DNA of 64,000 bases from Vicinamibacterales bacterium (GTDB lineage Bacteria > Acidobacteriota > Vicinamibacteria > Vicinamibacterales > 2-12-FULL-66-21): assembly GCA_035495555.1 (NCBI GenBank), contig DATJFQ010000024.1:5705-69704 (forward strand). Reading direction: 5' to 3'. This document shows, one piece after another, positions 37,358-45,600 of the stretch. Positions within the stretch are counted from its first letter, which is position 1; every line of letters begins with the position of its first letter. A program made the position numbers and the translations under genes. Under the pieces are notes generated by a model. The model was not told where the DNA came from. It made no database searches and saw only the letters and a program-made list of their open reading frames with translations.

Positions 37358-38077
37358 CTAGTGCCGGCCCGCCGGCTGTTCTGATCGTGCGGACCGGCGG
37401 CCGCGCGCGCGCCGGACATGACGCGGCTCGGTTTCCGCGCGGCGCACCGCAGATTCCACCGGCGCTGCAGCCTGGGCCGGAATCGCTCGCGGTTGCGCCA
37501 TTTCCGGTGCCGGCTGCGCCTGCGCCAGCAGCGCCATCATCGGCGTCGTGCCCGTGAGCAGGAGGCCCAATGCGTGATACGCCGCGATGGCAATCACCGG
37601 CCAGAGCAGGCGAGAACCGGCAGCGGCAAAGCCAAACCCGATTGCGCCGGCCACGAGCAGATCGAGTGCGACCGCCTGGATCCGCGGTCCCACCCCCGGC
37701 GCAGGCGCGCGAACGGAAGAGACCGTGCCGGCCGTCGGACGAGGGGCGGCCGGCTGAGCGTCGGATTGCCGGCGTTCTGGCGGTTCTGCGGCTTTGGGCG
37801 GCGAGCCGCCGGCCGGTGCCGGTTCGGCGGGCTCGGACGGATGCTCTTCCTCTACGCGCCGGACGGCGAGCTCAGGGTCGAGCCCGATGGCTGACGCGTA
37901 CGAGCGCACGAAGGCACGGCGAAAAATGCCGCCGGGCCACCGCGACAGGTCGTCGGCTTCGAGCCCCTGGAGCAGAGGCACCGACACCTTCGTCTCTTCC
38001 GAAATTTTCGCGAGGGTCACGCCGCGGCGTTCACGTTCACGTCGCAGCCAGCTTCCGAGCGTCGTGGGTTCGGACAT
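37358..38077 (-). CDS. RodZ-like HTH (HTH_25) protein with low-complexity linker and C-terminal membrane segment (paralog 1)
   Basis: N-terminus LGSWLRRERERRGVTLAKISEETKVSVPLLQGLEADDLSRWPGGIFRRAFVRSYASAIGLDPE. C-terminal hydrophobic helices LDLLVAGAIGFGFAAAG / WPVIAIAAYHALGLLLTG. A paralog lies at 48665-49294. Confidence 0.7.
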   Translation of the reverse strand: MSEPTTLGSWLRRERERRGVTLAKISEETKVSVPLLQGLEADDLSRWPGGIFRRAFVRSYASAIGLDPELAVRRVEEEHPSEPAEPAPAGGSPPKAAEPPERRQSDAQPAAPRPTAGTVSSVRAPAPGVGPRIQAVALDLLVAGAIGFGFAAAGSRLLWPVIAIAAYHALGLLLTGTTPMMALLAQAQPAPEMAQPRAIPAQAAAPVESAVRRAETEPRHVRRARGRRSARSEQPAGRH

Positions 38078-38153
38078 CAGCTCCGGGGAACCAGAGGCAC
38101 GTTCACAGGGATTGGCTGAGTATGCGACGTCTGGGGATCTGAGGCAAGCTCAA

Positions 38154-38209
38154 CTTCGTGCCTGGTGCTCGGTGCGGGGCGCTCGGTGCGGGGTGCTTGG
38201 TGCTCGGTG
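38154..38209. repeat. Heptanucleotide tandem array (CTTCGTG CCTGGTG CTCGGTG CGGGGCG CTCGGTG CGGGGTG CTTGGTG CTCGGTG)
   Basis: Eight contiguous 7-nt units with a 14-nt higher-order period. Ends 5 nt from the stop of the hypothetical gene (38215). Lies 77 nt upstream of the HTH gene start (38077). Confidence 0.9.
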
Positions 38210-38214
38210 CGGCT

Positions 38215-38616
38215 TCAGTGCTGTCGTACGTCGCAGAACGCGCGCGTGCCGATTCGGACCGCGCTCAGTAGCAGCCAGACGATCAGCGGCGCGACGACGG
38301 TGGTGGCGACTCCCAGTTGCGCGGCCAGCGATGCGGTGAGCGCCGTGACGGCCAGTGCTGCACCGCGCGAGCACAGGTCGTCCCATTCCGCTCGCAGGTC
38401 GGCATAGCGGGCAGACTCGGTGCACACGAAGTCGGTGAACTCGGTCAGGACGAGGCTCCAGATGCCGGCGCCCGCGGCTGCCGCCGCTGCATGACCGGCA
38501 AGCGCCGCACCCACCATGTCCCACGATGCGTCGGGCCCGAGCCGGCGCACGACCGCTTCGCTCGAGGGATCCAGCAGCGCAGCGACGGCGTCTTCGCTGA
38601 ATGGCAGCGCAGGCAT
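38215..38616 (-). CDS. Hypothetical protein (Ala-rich, one or two hydrophobic helices)
   Basis: 133-aa ORF that fills the gap between neighbouring genes. No family recognised. Coding status uncertain in GC-rich DNA. Confidence 0.35.
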   Translation of the reverse strand: MPALPFSEDAVAALLDPSSEAVVRRLGPDASWDMVGAALAGHAAAAAAGAGIWSLVLTEFTDFVCTESARYADLRAEWDDLCSRGAALAVTALTASLAAQLGVATTVVAPLIVWLLLSAVRIGTRAFCDVRQH

Positions 38617-38703
38617 GTATGTGTTCTACGCTCCGCGGCTGACGCAGGTTCGCGGTGATAATTGCGCCACCGCCAACGACACGATGGAGCTCGGATTCGT
38701 CCT

Positions 38704-39561
38704 ATGGATCAAGACACCTACCGGCGTTTCTATGCGGAAGAACTGCAGGCCGTCTGCCGGCTGCGGTCGCACACGCTCGTCGATGCCTTCGCGAACGTCC
38801 CTCGGGAACGCTTTCTTGGCCCCGGACCGTGGCAGATCCGGACGATGGACCTGATGAACCCGGGCGCGGGCGGCTACTACGCGACCGAAGACGACGACCC
38901 CCGGCGGATTTATCACAACATCGCGGTCGCGATTGACGCTTCGCGCGACCTGAACAACGGCCACCCCGGCACGCTCGCCACCTGGATCGACTCCCTCCGC
39001 ATACGTCCGGGCGACCGCGTCGTCCACATCGGCGCGGGAACCGGATACTACACGGCCATCCTCGCGGAGACGTGCGGAGCGTCGGGAAGCGTGCTCGGGT
39101 TCGAGGCGGACGCGCGACTCGCGGAACGTGCCGCGGAGAACCTCCGCCCGTGGACGAACGTGCTGGTCTCACATGGGGACGGGACCGAGCTGGCCGGCCC
39201 CGCAGACGTGATCTTCGTCAACGCGGGCGTCACGTATGCGCATGGCGCCTGGTTGGAGGGACTCGCGGAAGCCGGCGGCCGCCTGCTGCTGCCTGTCACG
39301 GCGGCGTTCGGGCACGTCGGCAAGGGTTTCGTCGCGCAGATCGAGCGGACAGGCGACCGTTTCAGCGCACGCGGCAGCTCGCTGGTGATGATCTACAACT
39401 GCACCGTCGCGCGCGACGAGTCGCTGGCAGCGTCGATCGGCAAAGCCCTGATGAGCGGCGGAGTGATGAAGCTGCGATCGCTCAGGCGCGATCCGCACGA
39501 CGAAGATCCGACGTGCGTGATCCACCGGCAGGGAGCGTGTCTATCGGCAGCCGAGGCGTGA
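38704..39561 (+). CDS. SAM-dependent methyltransferase, protein-L-isoaspartate O-methyltransferase (PCMT)-like
   Basis: Start moved to ATG 38704 (MDQDTYRRFYAEEL...). Contains VPRERFLGPGPW, the SAM-binding loop VVHIGAGTGYYTAILAE and DVIFVNAGV, following the PCMT-family layout. Confidence 0.7.
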   Translation: MDQDTYRRFYAEELQAVCRLRSHTLVDAFANVPRERFLGPGPWQIRTMDLMNPGAGGYYATEDDDPRRIYHNIAVAIDASRDLNNGHPGTLATWIDSLRIRPGDRVVHIGAGTGYYTAILAETCGASGSVLGFEADARLAERAAENLRPWTNVLVSHGDGTELAGPADVIFVNAGVTYAHGAWLEGLAEAGGRLLLPVTAAFGHVGKGFVAQIERTGDRFSARGSSLVMIYNCTVARDESLAASIGKALMSGGVMKLRSLRRDPHDEDPTCVIHRQGACLSAAEA

Positions 39562-39582
39562 GAGTGGCAGTTATCGTCTCGA

Positions 39583-39641
39583 GCAGTTGTGTAGTTGGTA
39601 GTTGGTAGTTGGTAGTTGCGTAGTTGCGTAGCTCGCAGTTG
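39583..39641. repeat. Heptanucleotide tandem array (GTAGTTG-type: GCAGTTG TGTAGTTG GTAGTTG x3 CGTAGTTG ...)
   Basis: Read directly. Lies between convergent stops (methyltransferase 39559-39561, ogt 39657-39659). Confidence 0.9.
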
Positions 39642-39656
39642 CGGCGCGCCCCCGCG

Positions 39657-40163
39657 TCAGAACAAGCGCCGGTCCACCACCCCTTCATGAGACAGCAGCC
39701 ACTGCTTGCGCTCGAGGCCGCCGCCGTACCCGGTCAGGGTGCCGTCCGACCCGATCACGCGGTGGCATGGCACGACAATCGCGACTGGATTAGCACCGTT
39801 CGCGGCGCCGACGGCGCGAACCGCGGTGCGCTGCCCGATGCGTGTGGCCAGCGTCGCGTATGACACGGTCGACCCCGCAGGGATGCGCCGCAGGGCGTTC
39901 CAGACGTCCTTCTGAAACGGCGTTCCATTCAGTTCGACGGCCACATCGTCGATGGCGTGAATATCGCCAGCGAAGTAACGCGCGAGTGCGGCTGCCGCAG
40001 CCGGGACCGGCCGGCGCTCGCGCGGTTCGCGCCGATACCATCGATCGAACATCGTGAGCACGTCGTCGTCCAGGGACCCGAAGTGCAGGAGACACAGCCG
40101 GCCGGCGCGCTCCGCAATCGTGAGCGGACCGATCGGCGACGCGATCTCATCGAACCGGATCAT
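39657..40163 (-). CDS. ogt: Methylated-DNA--protein-cysteine methyltransferase
   Basis: Start moved to ATG 40163 (MIRFDEIASPIGPLTI...). Active-site motif VPCHRVIGSDGTLTGYGGG. The start lies 2 nt after the pbpC stop. Confidence 0.88.
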   Translation of the reverse strand: MIRFDEIASPIGPLTIAERAGRLCLLHFGSLDDDVLTMFDRWYRREPRERRPVPAAAAALARYFAGDIHAIDDVAVELNGTPFQKDVWNALRRIPAGSTVSYATLATRIGQRTAVRAVGAANGANPVAIVVPCHRVIGSDGTLTGYGGGLERKQWLLSHEGVVDRRLF

Positions 40164-40165
40164 CG

Positions 40166-42622
40166 TTACTTCACCAGGACAGATGCTTGCGCGGATCGTC
40201 CGTCGGCGTCCCGCACTTCGATCGCATGCGCGCCGACGACCAGCGGCCATGAGAGTGCCCGCTCCGACGAACTCGTGCCGAGGCGCTGTCCATCGATATA
40301 CCACGTCAGCGTGGTCGGTCGCACCGCGACCGCGCGAAGCGGCAGAGCCTGGAAGTCGCGCCGCAGCGTCGGATCGACACTGTACGTCGCGCCCGACGCC
40401 GGACTGACGACCTTCAGCACCGGCCCGTGCGACTGAACGTACGCAGCGCGTTCTGCCCGACGGCCGGACTGAAGTGGCGTGCTCGATTCCGCCGGGCCGC
40501 GCAACTGAAGATGCGCGCTATGTTCCCCACGCGCCTGCGCCTGCCACGCGCGGAACTCTGGCGGGTAGATGGTCAGCAGCCCCTCGTCGCTTCGATGGTG
40601 CCATGAGCACGGAAGCGCGACATCGCTCGTCCGCACCCACTCCTGCCGCTGATTCGGGCATGCATCGGTTGCGCGCATTCCCGACAGCGCACAAATCGAG
40701 GCGCGCTGCACGCCCTCGGGTATCGGCACGATCGGCTCGCCTTCCCGTGCATCCCCTCCGGTCCGCTGGACGGCGGCGAGCATGACGGCGTGGAACAGCG
40801 GCCCGGCTCCAGTGACACCGGAGGAATCGCGGAGCGGCGTTCGATCGAAGTTGCCGACCCATACGCCAACCGTCACGTCCCGCGTGTACCCGATCGTCCA
40901 GTTGTCGTGATACGCCTGCGATGTGCCGGTTTTCACGGCGACCGGAAATGGAAATTCCAGATTGCCCCCGCGGCCGAAGATGAATGCGCGCGCCTCGGGG
41001 TCGCTCAAAACGTCCGTCACCAGAAAGGCTGTTACGGGACTGACCATCGTGCGTGACGGCCGAGGCGATGAGGTGGCAACGGCGGTCGGAGAAACGTATA
41101 CCCCACCGCGCGCGAACGCGGCGTACGCCGCGACGAGTTCGTCGAGCCTGACCTCGGCGTTGCCCAGCGTCAGGCCGAGGCCGTAATACGCGGCGTTCTT
41201 GTCGAACGTCGAAATGCCGGCGCGGGTCAGAAACCGCAGCAGGGTGCTGACGCCGACGTCTGACGCGAGCGCCACCGCCGGCACGTTTTCGGAGCCGGCG
41301 AGCGCGCTCCTCGCGAGGAGCGGTCCGCGGTACTTCCCGTCATAGTTGCGCGGCGTATAGAGAATCCCGGTCTCCGCCGTCGGAAATGACGATGGGATGT
41401 CGGGCAGCATCGTCGCGGGCCCGCGTCCCTGCTCGAAGGCGAGCGCATAGGTGAACGGCTTCAACGCCGATCCCGGCTGCCGCGGCACACGCGGACCGTT
41501 GATGGTGCCGCCGTGGGCCGCATCGAAATAGTCGCCGGACCCCTCCCACGCCAGCCATTCCGACGTCCGATTGTCGAGCACGACGACGGCGACGTTGTGA
41601 GCGCCGTGGGCATCGAGCGCATCGCGCTGGGACGAAATGATTCCTTCGATGTCGCGCTGCAGGTCGAGGTCGATGGTCGTCTGGATGCGGGGCGGCCGCG
41701 GCGCGGGCACGTCGGCGAGGACCATCTCCGCGAAATGCGGCGCGAGAAAGGGCGCGTGGCTCCGCTCGAGCGAGAGCCGCTCGCTGAGGGCCGCCGTCAA
41801 CTGCTCCGGCGTCAGGGCGCCAGCCGCCCGCATGCGGCGGAGGACGTCGTGCTGGCGCGACGTCGCCGCACGGCTGCTCTTCCACGGATTGAACGCGGAG
41901 GGTCGCTGCGGGAGGCCCGCAAGGAATGCGGCCTGAGCCGGCGTCAGCATCGAGGGGGGCACGCCGAAGTACAGCAGGCTCGCCCGCGCCGCGCCGCTGA
42001 CCTGGTTGCCGTAGGACGCCAGGTTGAGATACATGGCGAGCATTTCCGGCTTGGAATACCGGTGCTCGAGCCGGAGGGCGAGAAGGATTTCGCGGGCCTT
42101 CCAGGCGATGCTGTGACGTGCCGCAGGCCCGCGTCGCTGGAGCAGCAATTTCGCGACCTGCTGACTGATCGTCGAACCGCCTTCGACGATCCGGCGCTCT
42201 TCGATGTCGTGCCAGAGCGCGCGCGCCCAGCCGAGCGGATCGACGCCTGGATGGGACCAGAAGCGGCGATCCTCCGCCGCAACCGTGGCAGCAACGAGCG
42301 TCGCGGGCAGCGCCGCGGGATCGATCTGCTGCAGCCGCGCTCCGTTTGCGGACAGCGCTTCGTACAACGGGCGCCCGTCCCGGTCGACGATGATCGTCGA
42401 AGGCGCGGCCGCGTCCTTCAACAAATCCGCCGGAACCGGGCCGCAGCGGATCCAAATCCCCAGGACACCCGCGAGCCCTGCGGCCGCCGCGCCCCGCCAG
42501 AGATGCCACCACAAAAAAAGGGGACAACCGCCATTTCTTTGCAAAAAAGGGGACAGCCAGGTAGGGGGCCCGGCTGTCCCCTTTTTTTGCGAAAAATGGC
42601 GGTCGTCCCCTTTTTTCGTCAC
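40166..42622 (-). CDS. pbpC: Penicillin-binding protein 1C (bifunctional GT51 transglycosylase/transpeptidase)
   Basis: GT51 motifs EDRRFWSHPGVD and GGSTISQQVAKLL. SxxK motif at PGSALKPF. PBP1C C-terminal domain. The start is ambiguous: GTG 42622 (GAGG 6 nt upstream, overlaps the A2M stop as GTGA) would translate palindromic element B; TTG 42514 would start just after it. The track ORF beyond 42622 overlaps A2M and is rejected. Confidence 0.85.
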   Translation of the reverse strand: MTKKGDDRHFSQKKGTAGPPTWLSPFLQRNGGCPLFLWWHLWRGAAAAGLAGVLGIWIRCGPVPADLLKDAAAPSTIIVDRDGRPLYEALSANGARLQQIDPAALPATLVAATVAAEDRRFWSHPGVDPLGWARALWHDIEERRIVEGGSTISQQVAKLLLQRRGPAARHSIAWKAREILLALRLEHRYSKPEMLAMYLNLASYGNQVSGAARASLLYFGVPPSMLTPAQAAFLAGLPQRPSAFNPWKSSRAATSRQHDVLRRMRAAGALTPEQLTAALSERLSLERSHAPFLAPHFAEMVLADVPAPRPPRIQTTIDLDLQRDIEGIISSQRDALDAHGAHNVAVVVLDNRTSEWLAWEGSGDYFDAAHGGTINGPRVPRQPGSALKPFTYALAFEQGRGPATMLPDIPSSFPTAETGILYTPRNYDGKYRGPLLARSALAGSENVPAVALASDVGVSTLLRFLTRAGISTFDKNAAYYGLGLTLGNAEVRLDELVAAYAAFARGGVYVSPTAVATSSPRPSRTMVSPVTAFLVTDVLSDPEARAFIFGRGGNLEFPFPVAVKTGTSQAYHDNWTIGYTRDVTVGVWVGNFDRTPLRDSSGVTGAGPLFHAVMLAAVQRTGGDAREGEPIVPIPEGVQRASICALSGMRATDACPNQRQEWVRTSDVALPCSWHHRSDEGLLTIYPPEFRAWQAQARGEHSAHLQLRGPAESSTPLQSGRRAERAAYVQSHGPVLKVVSPASGATYSVDPTLRRDFQALPLRAVAVRPTTLTWYIDGQRLGTSSSERALSWPLVVGAHAIEVRDADGRSAQASVLVK
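42513..42616. repeat. Nested palindromic element, copy B (A7-GGGGACAACCGCCATTT...AAAAAAGGGGACAGCCAG / 10-nt loop / CGGCTGTCCCCTTTTTTT...AATGGCGGTCGTCCCC-T6)
   Basis: Read directly. The first 24 nt (AAAAAAAGGGGACAACCGCCATTT) are identical to copy A. The element fills the A2M-stop/pbpC junction. Confidence 0.9.
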
Positions 42623-45600
42623 TGGCGGACCTCGATCACCGCGGTCGCGGTGCGGCCGAACACCTCGGGCTCGTACATCTCTTCGGCGCGGGCCGGCGCC
42701 GTCCGGAACGTTCCCGCAGTTGTGGCCCGGACGATATACGAGAAGGTGTGACGGCCTTCGGACAGTCGCGTCGCGAACAGCTCGACGCGATCGTCGTGGC
42801 GTTCGACGCGGTCGAAGCCGCCGCGCTGCCACCACGCGGTCCAGTCGCTGGCGTCGCCCTGGTCGTCCTGCGACTTCGCGAGGGACGCAGCCGACGAGGC
42901 GAACCACGACTCGACGGGCTCGAGGCCGGCTGGCACCGGATCCGTCACCGCGACGAACCGGCGTTCCTTCGTGAGCTGCAGCGTGAGCGTGACCCGGATG
43001 AGATCTCCGGCGTTGAACCTCGTCGCGGCCGGACGCGAGCCGTTTTCAACGTACGGTGCATATGCGCGTTCGAGGCGGATGCCCTGATCCAGTCCGTCCT
43101 GGAACAACTGATCGACGGCGTACCGGAACCGCGCCGAGTAGAACAGCGTGCCCTCTCCGCTCTTTGAGAACGTCAATGACTGTTCGGCACCGGGTGTCCC
43201 TTCCGACGCGAGCCGGGCCATCGGCACCTCCGCCGTGACGGCATCGGTAGTCCGTCCGGCAAAGGTGTGCGTCAACAGGCCCTTGCCACCGAGCGATGCG
43301 GTCGCCGTGAAATTCGGGACGACGGCTTCGTACTTGCGGTAATACGCGACGAGGGCTTCGAGCGCGAGCGCGTTCTCCTGCGTATTGCGCCAGCGTCCTT
43401 TTTCCCGCACCTGCAGCAGCCAGGTAACGAACTGCCGGTACCGATCGTCCGGTTGGCCGCTCTTGACGAGCGAGTTGAGCACGATGGCCGTGGATCGGAC
43501 ATTCGAGTTCCAGAACCAGAGCAGATAGGGATCGCTCAGTTCCTCGACGTGCGCCGTCGTTGCCTCCGGCAGGATCGAGTTGCCGATGCGGCGCCGCAAC
43601 TCGGCTTCGCGAACGCCAGACGACTCCCCTTTCGCAAGCAGCGCGTCGTGCAGATACGCGAGCGCGAACACCGGCATGCGGTCGCGGTAGCCATACAGGC
43701 GCGTGATGTTCGAATCTTCGTTGCGTCCGCCCTCGACGAGGACCTTCACCGCAAACGCCTGCCACGCCGTGTACATCGGCCACCACCCTTCGTTGGTTGG
43801 CGGCGCCTGCGCGAGCGACTCGTGAAGATACCTGTAGGCGCGCTCGCGCATCTGGGGGTCAACGTCGTATTTCAGATCGGATGCGACCTGGAACACGTGC
43901 AGCAGATACGCCGTGAGGTACGGCGACGTCGTGTAGCAGGCGCCGGGCCAGTACGCGAATCCGCCACTGGGGCACTGGAATTTCTCGAGTTCCTTGAGCG
44001 CCGACTGCGCCGTGGGCCGCAGCTTGGCCGCGTCGATCCCCGGCAGCCTGAAGGCTCCGCCGAGATCGGCAGCAAGGAGCATCGCCAGCGCGCGCGATCC
44101 GCGTTGTTCGGCGCAGCCGTAGGGATATTCGACCAGGTATCTCGCGCCTTCTCCGAGGTTGACGAGCGCGGTCGACGCGATCTCCACGTGCAGGCCGCCA
44201 AGCCCGGGGACAACGCCGCTCGGGATCGTCAGCCGCTCCGATGCGGAGCCGGTCGACTGTCCGACGGCCGCAACGGTTTCCGGCGACGCCAGCACTTCGA
44301 CCGGAATCGAATCTTCGAAAGCGTCCGACTCGCCGTTGAGCGACACGGTCACCTTGACGCGCGCGCGTCCGATCGCACGGCCGGCCGCATCGAACCGCAC
44401 TTCGACCGATCCGCCCGCAGGGACGTCCACGGTGCGCGGTGCCGTGTCGGAGAAGATCATCACGTCGGGATCAAGGCTTTCCACCGTGACCTTCGCCGAT
44501 CCCGCAGATGCAAGCTGACTGGTGACGACGGCGCCAAACGTCGCCTTGTCACCGACCGCAAGGAACCGCGGGAACGCGGCTTTCAATGTGACCGGTTTGT
44601 TGATCCGGATCTCTGCGTCGGCAGACCCGAACCGCGACGCCTTGTCGGCAGCGACGGCCATGATCCGGTACGTCGTCAACGACTCGGGCAGCTTCACGGC
44701 GACCGACGCGTGGCCGCGCGCGTCTGTCGTCACCGAACCGAGCCAGAACGCCAGCACGCGGAAGTCACGGCGGATCGTGCCTGCGCCGCTGTCCGCGCCG
44801 CCGCCGCCGCCGTCCGTCTCACCCTTCGGCGTCAGCACGCGCCTGGAGATGATGCGCTGCCGAGTATCTTCGGTGAGCACCGCCAGCGACTTCTGCACGT
44901 AAACCGAATCGAGGACATCCGGCGTCTTGTACGCCGTCAACGAGAGGACGCCGTAATCCACGGCCCAGAGAGTGACCTCGCTCTGGCTCGGGACGCCCTG
45001 AGGGTCCTTCACGTCGACCGTCACGCTCGCGCTGTTCGCTGGCCGGTACTCCTCTTTGTTGGCATGCACCGCAACCGTCAGCCGCTTGGATACGTCCTCG
45101 ACGCCAAGCCGTACGTACCCGACGCGGAACGCGGGCTTGCCGGGATCACTCGGATCGTCCCTGGCATTGGCAGGCTGCGCCGTCCGCCCTTTGATGAGGA
45201 CGACCGACACGAAGAGATCCGGAATCGCATCCTCCGTGATGGGCACGTCGACCGACTGCTGCGTGGACGTCAGTTCGAATTGGCGATGCGTGCGAATACC
45301 TTCTCGCTCGACCGTGAGGAGGGCCGTCGCGCGCTCCCACGGCGACTGGATCATGATGCGTGCGGTCTCGCCGGGCCGGTATGTTTGCTTTTCCGCGACG
45401 AGATCGATTCGGTTGTGATCGTAGCGTTCCCACGCGGTGTAGCCGCTACCGAGCGAATAGAAGCTTTCGCGCGTCACCGTGTAGCGGCCGTTGTCCGCAT
45501 CGGCGCGCGCCTCGAGCACGAAGTAGCCGCCGGCGGGCAGCGGGATGTCGATCGGCACGGGCGAGGCAGCTGAGGTCACTGTCCACGAACCGGCGGGGAC

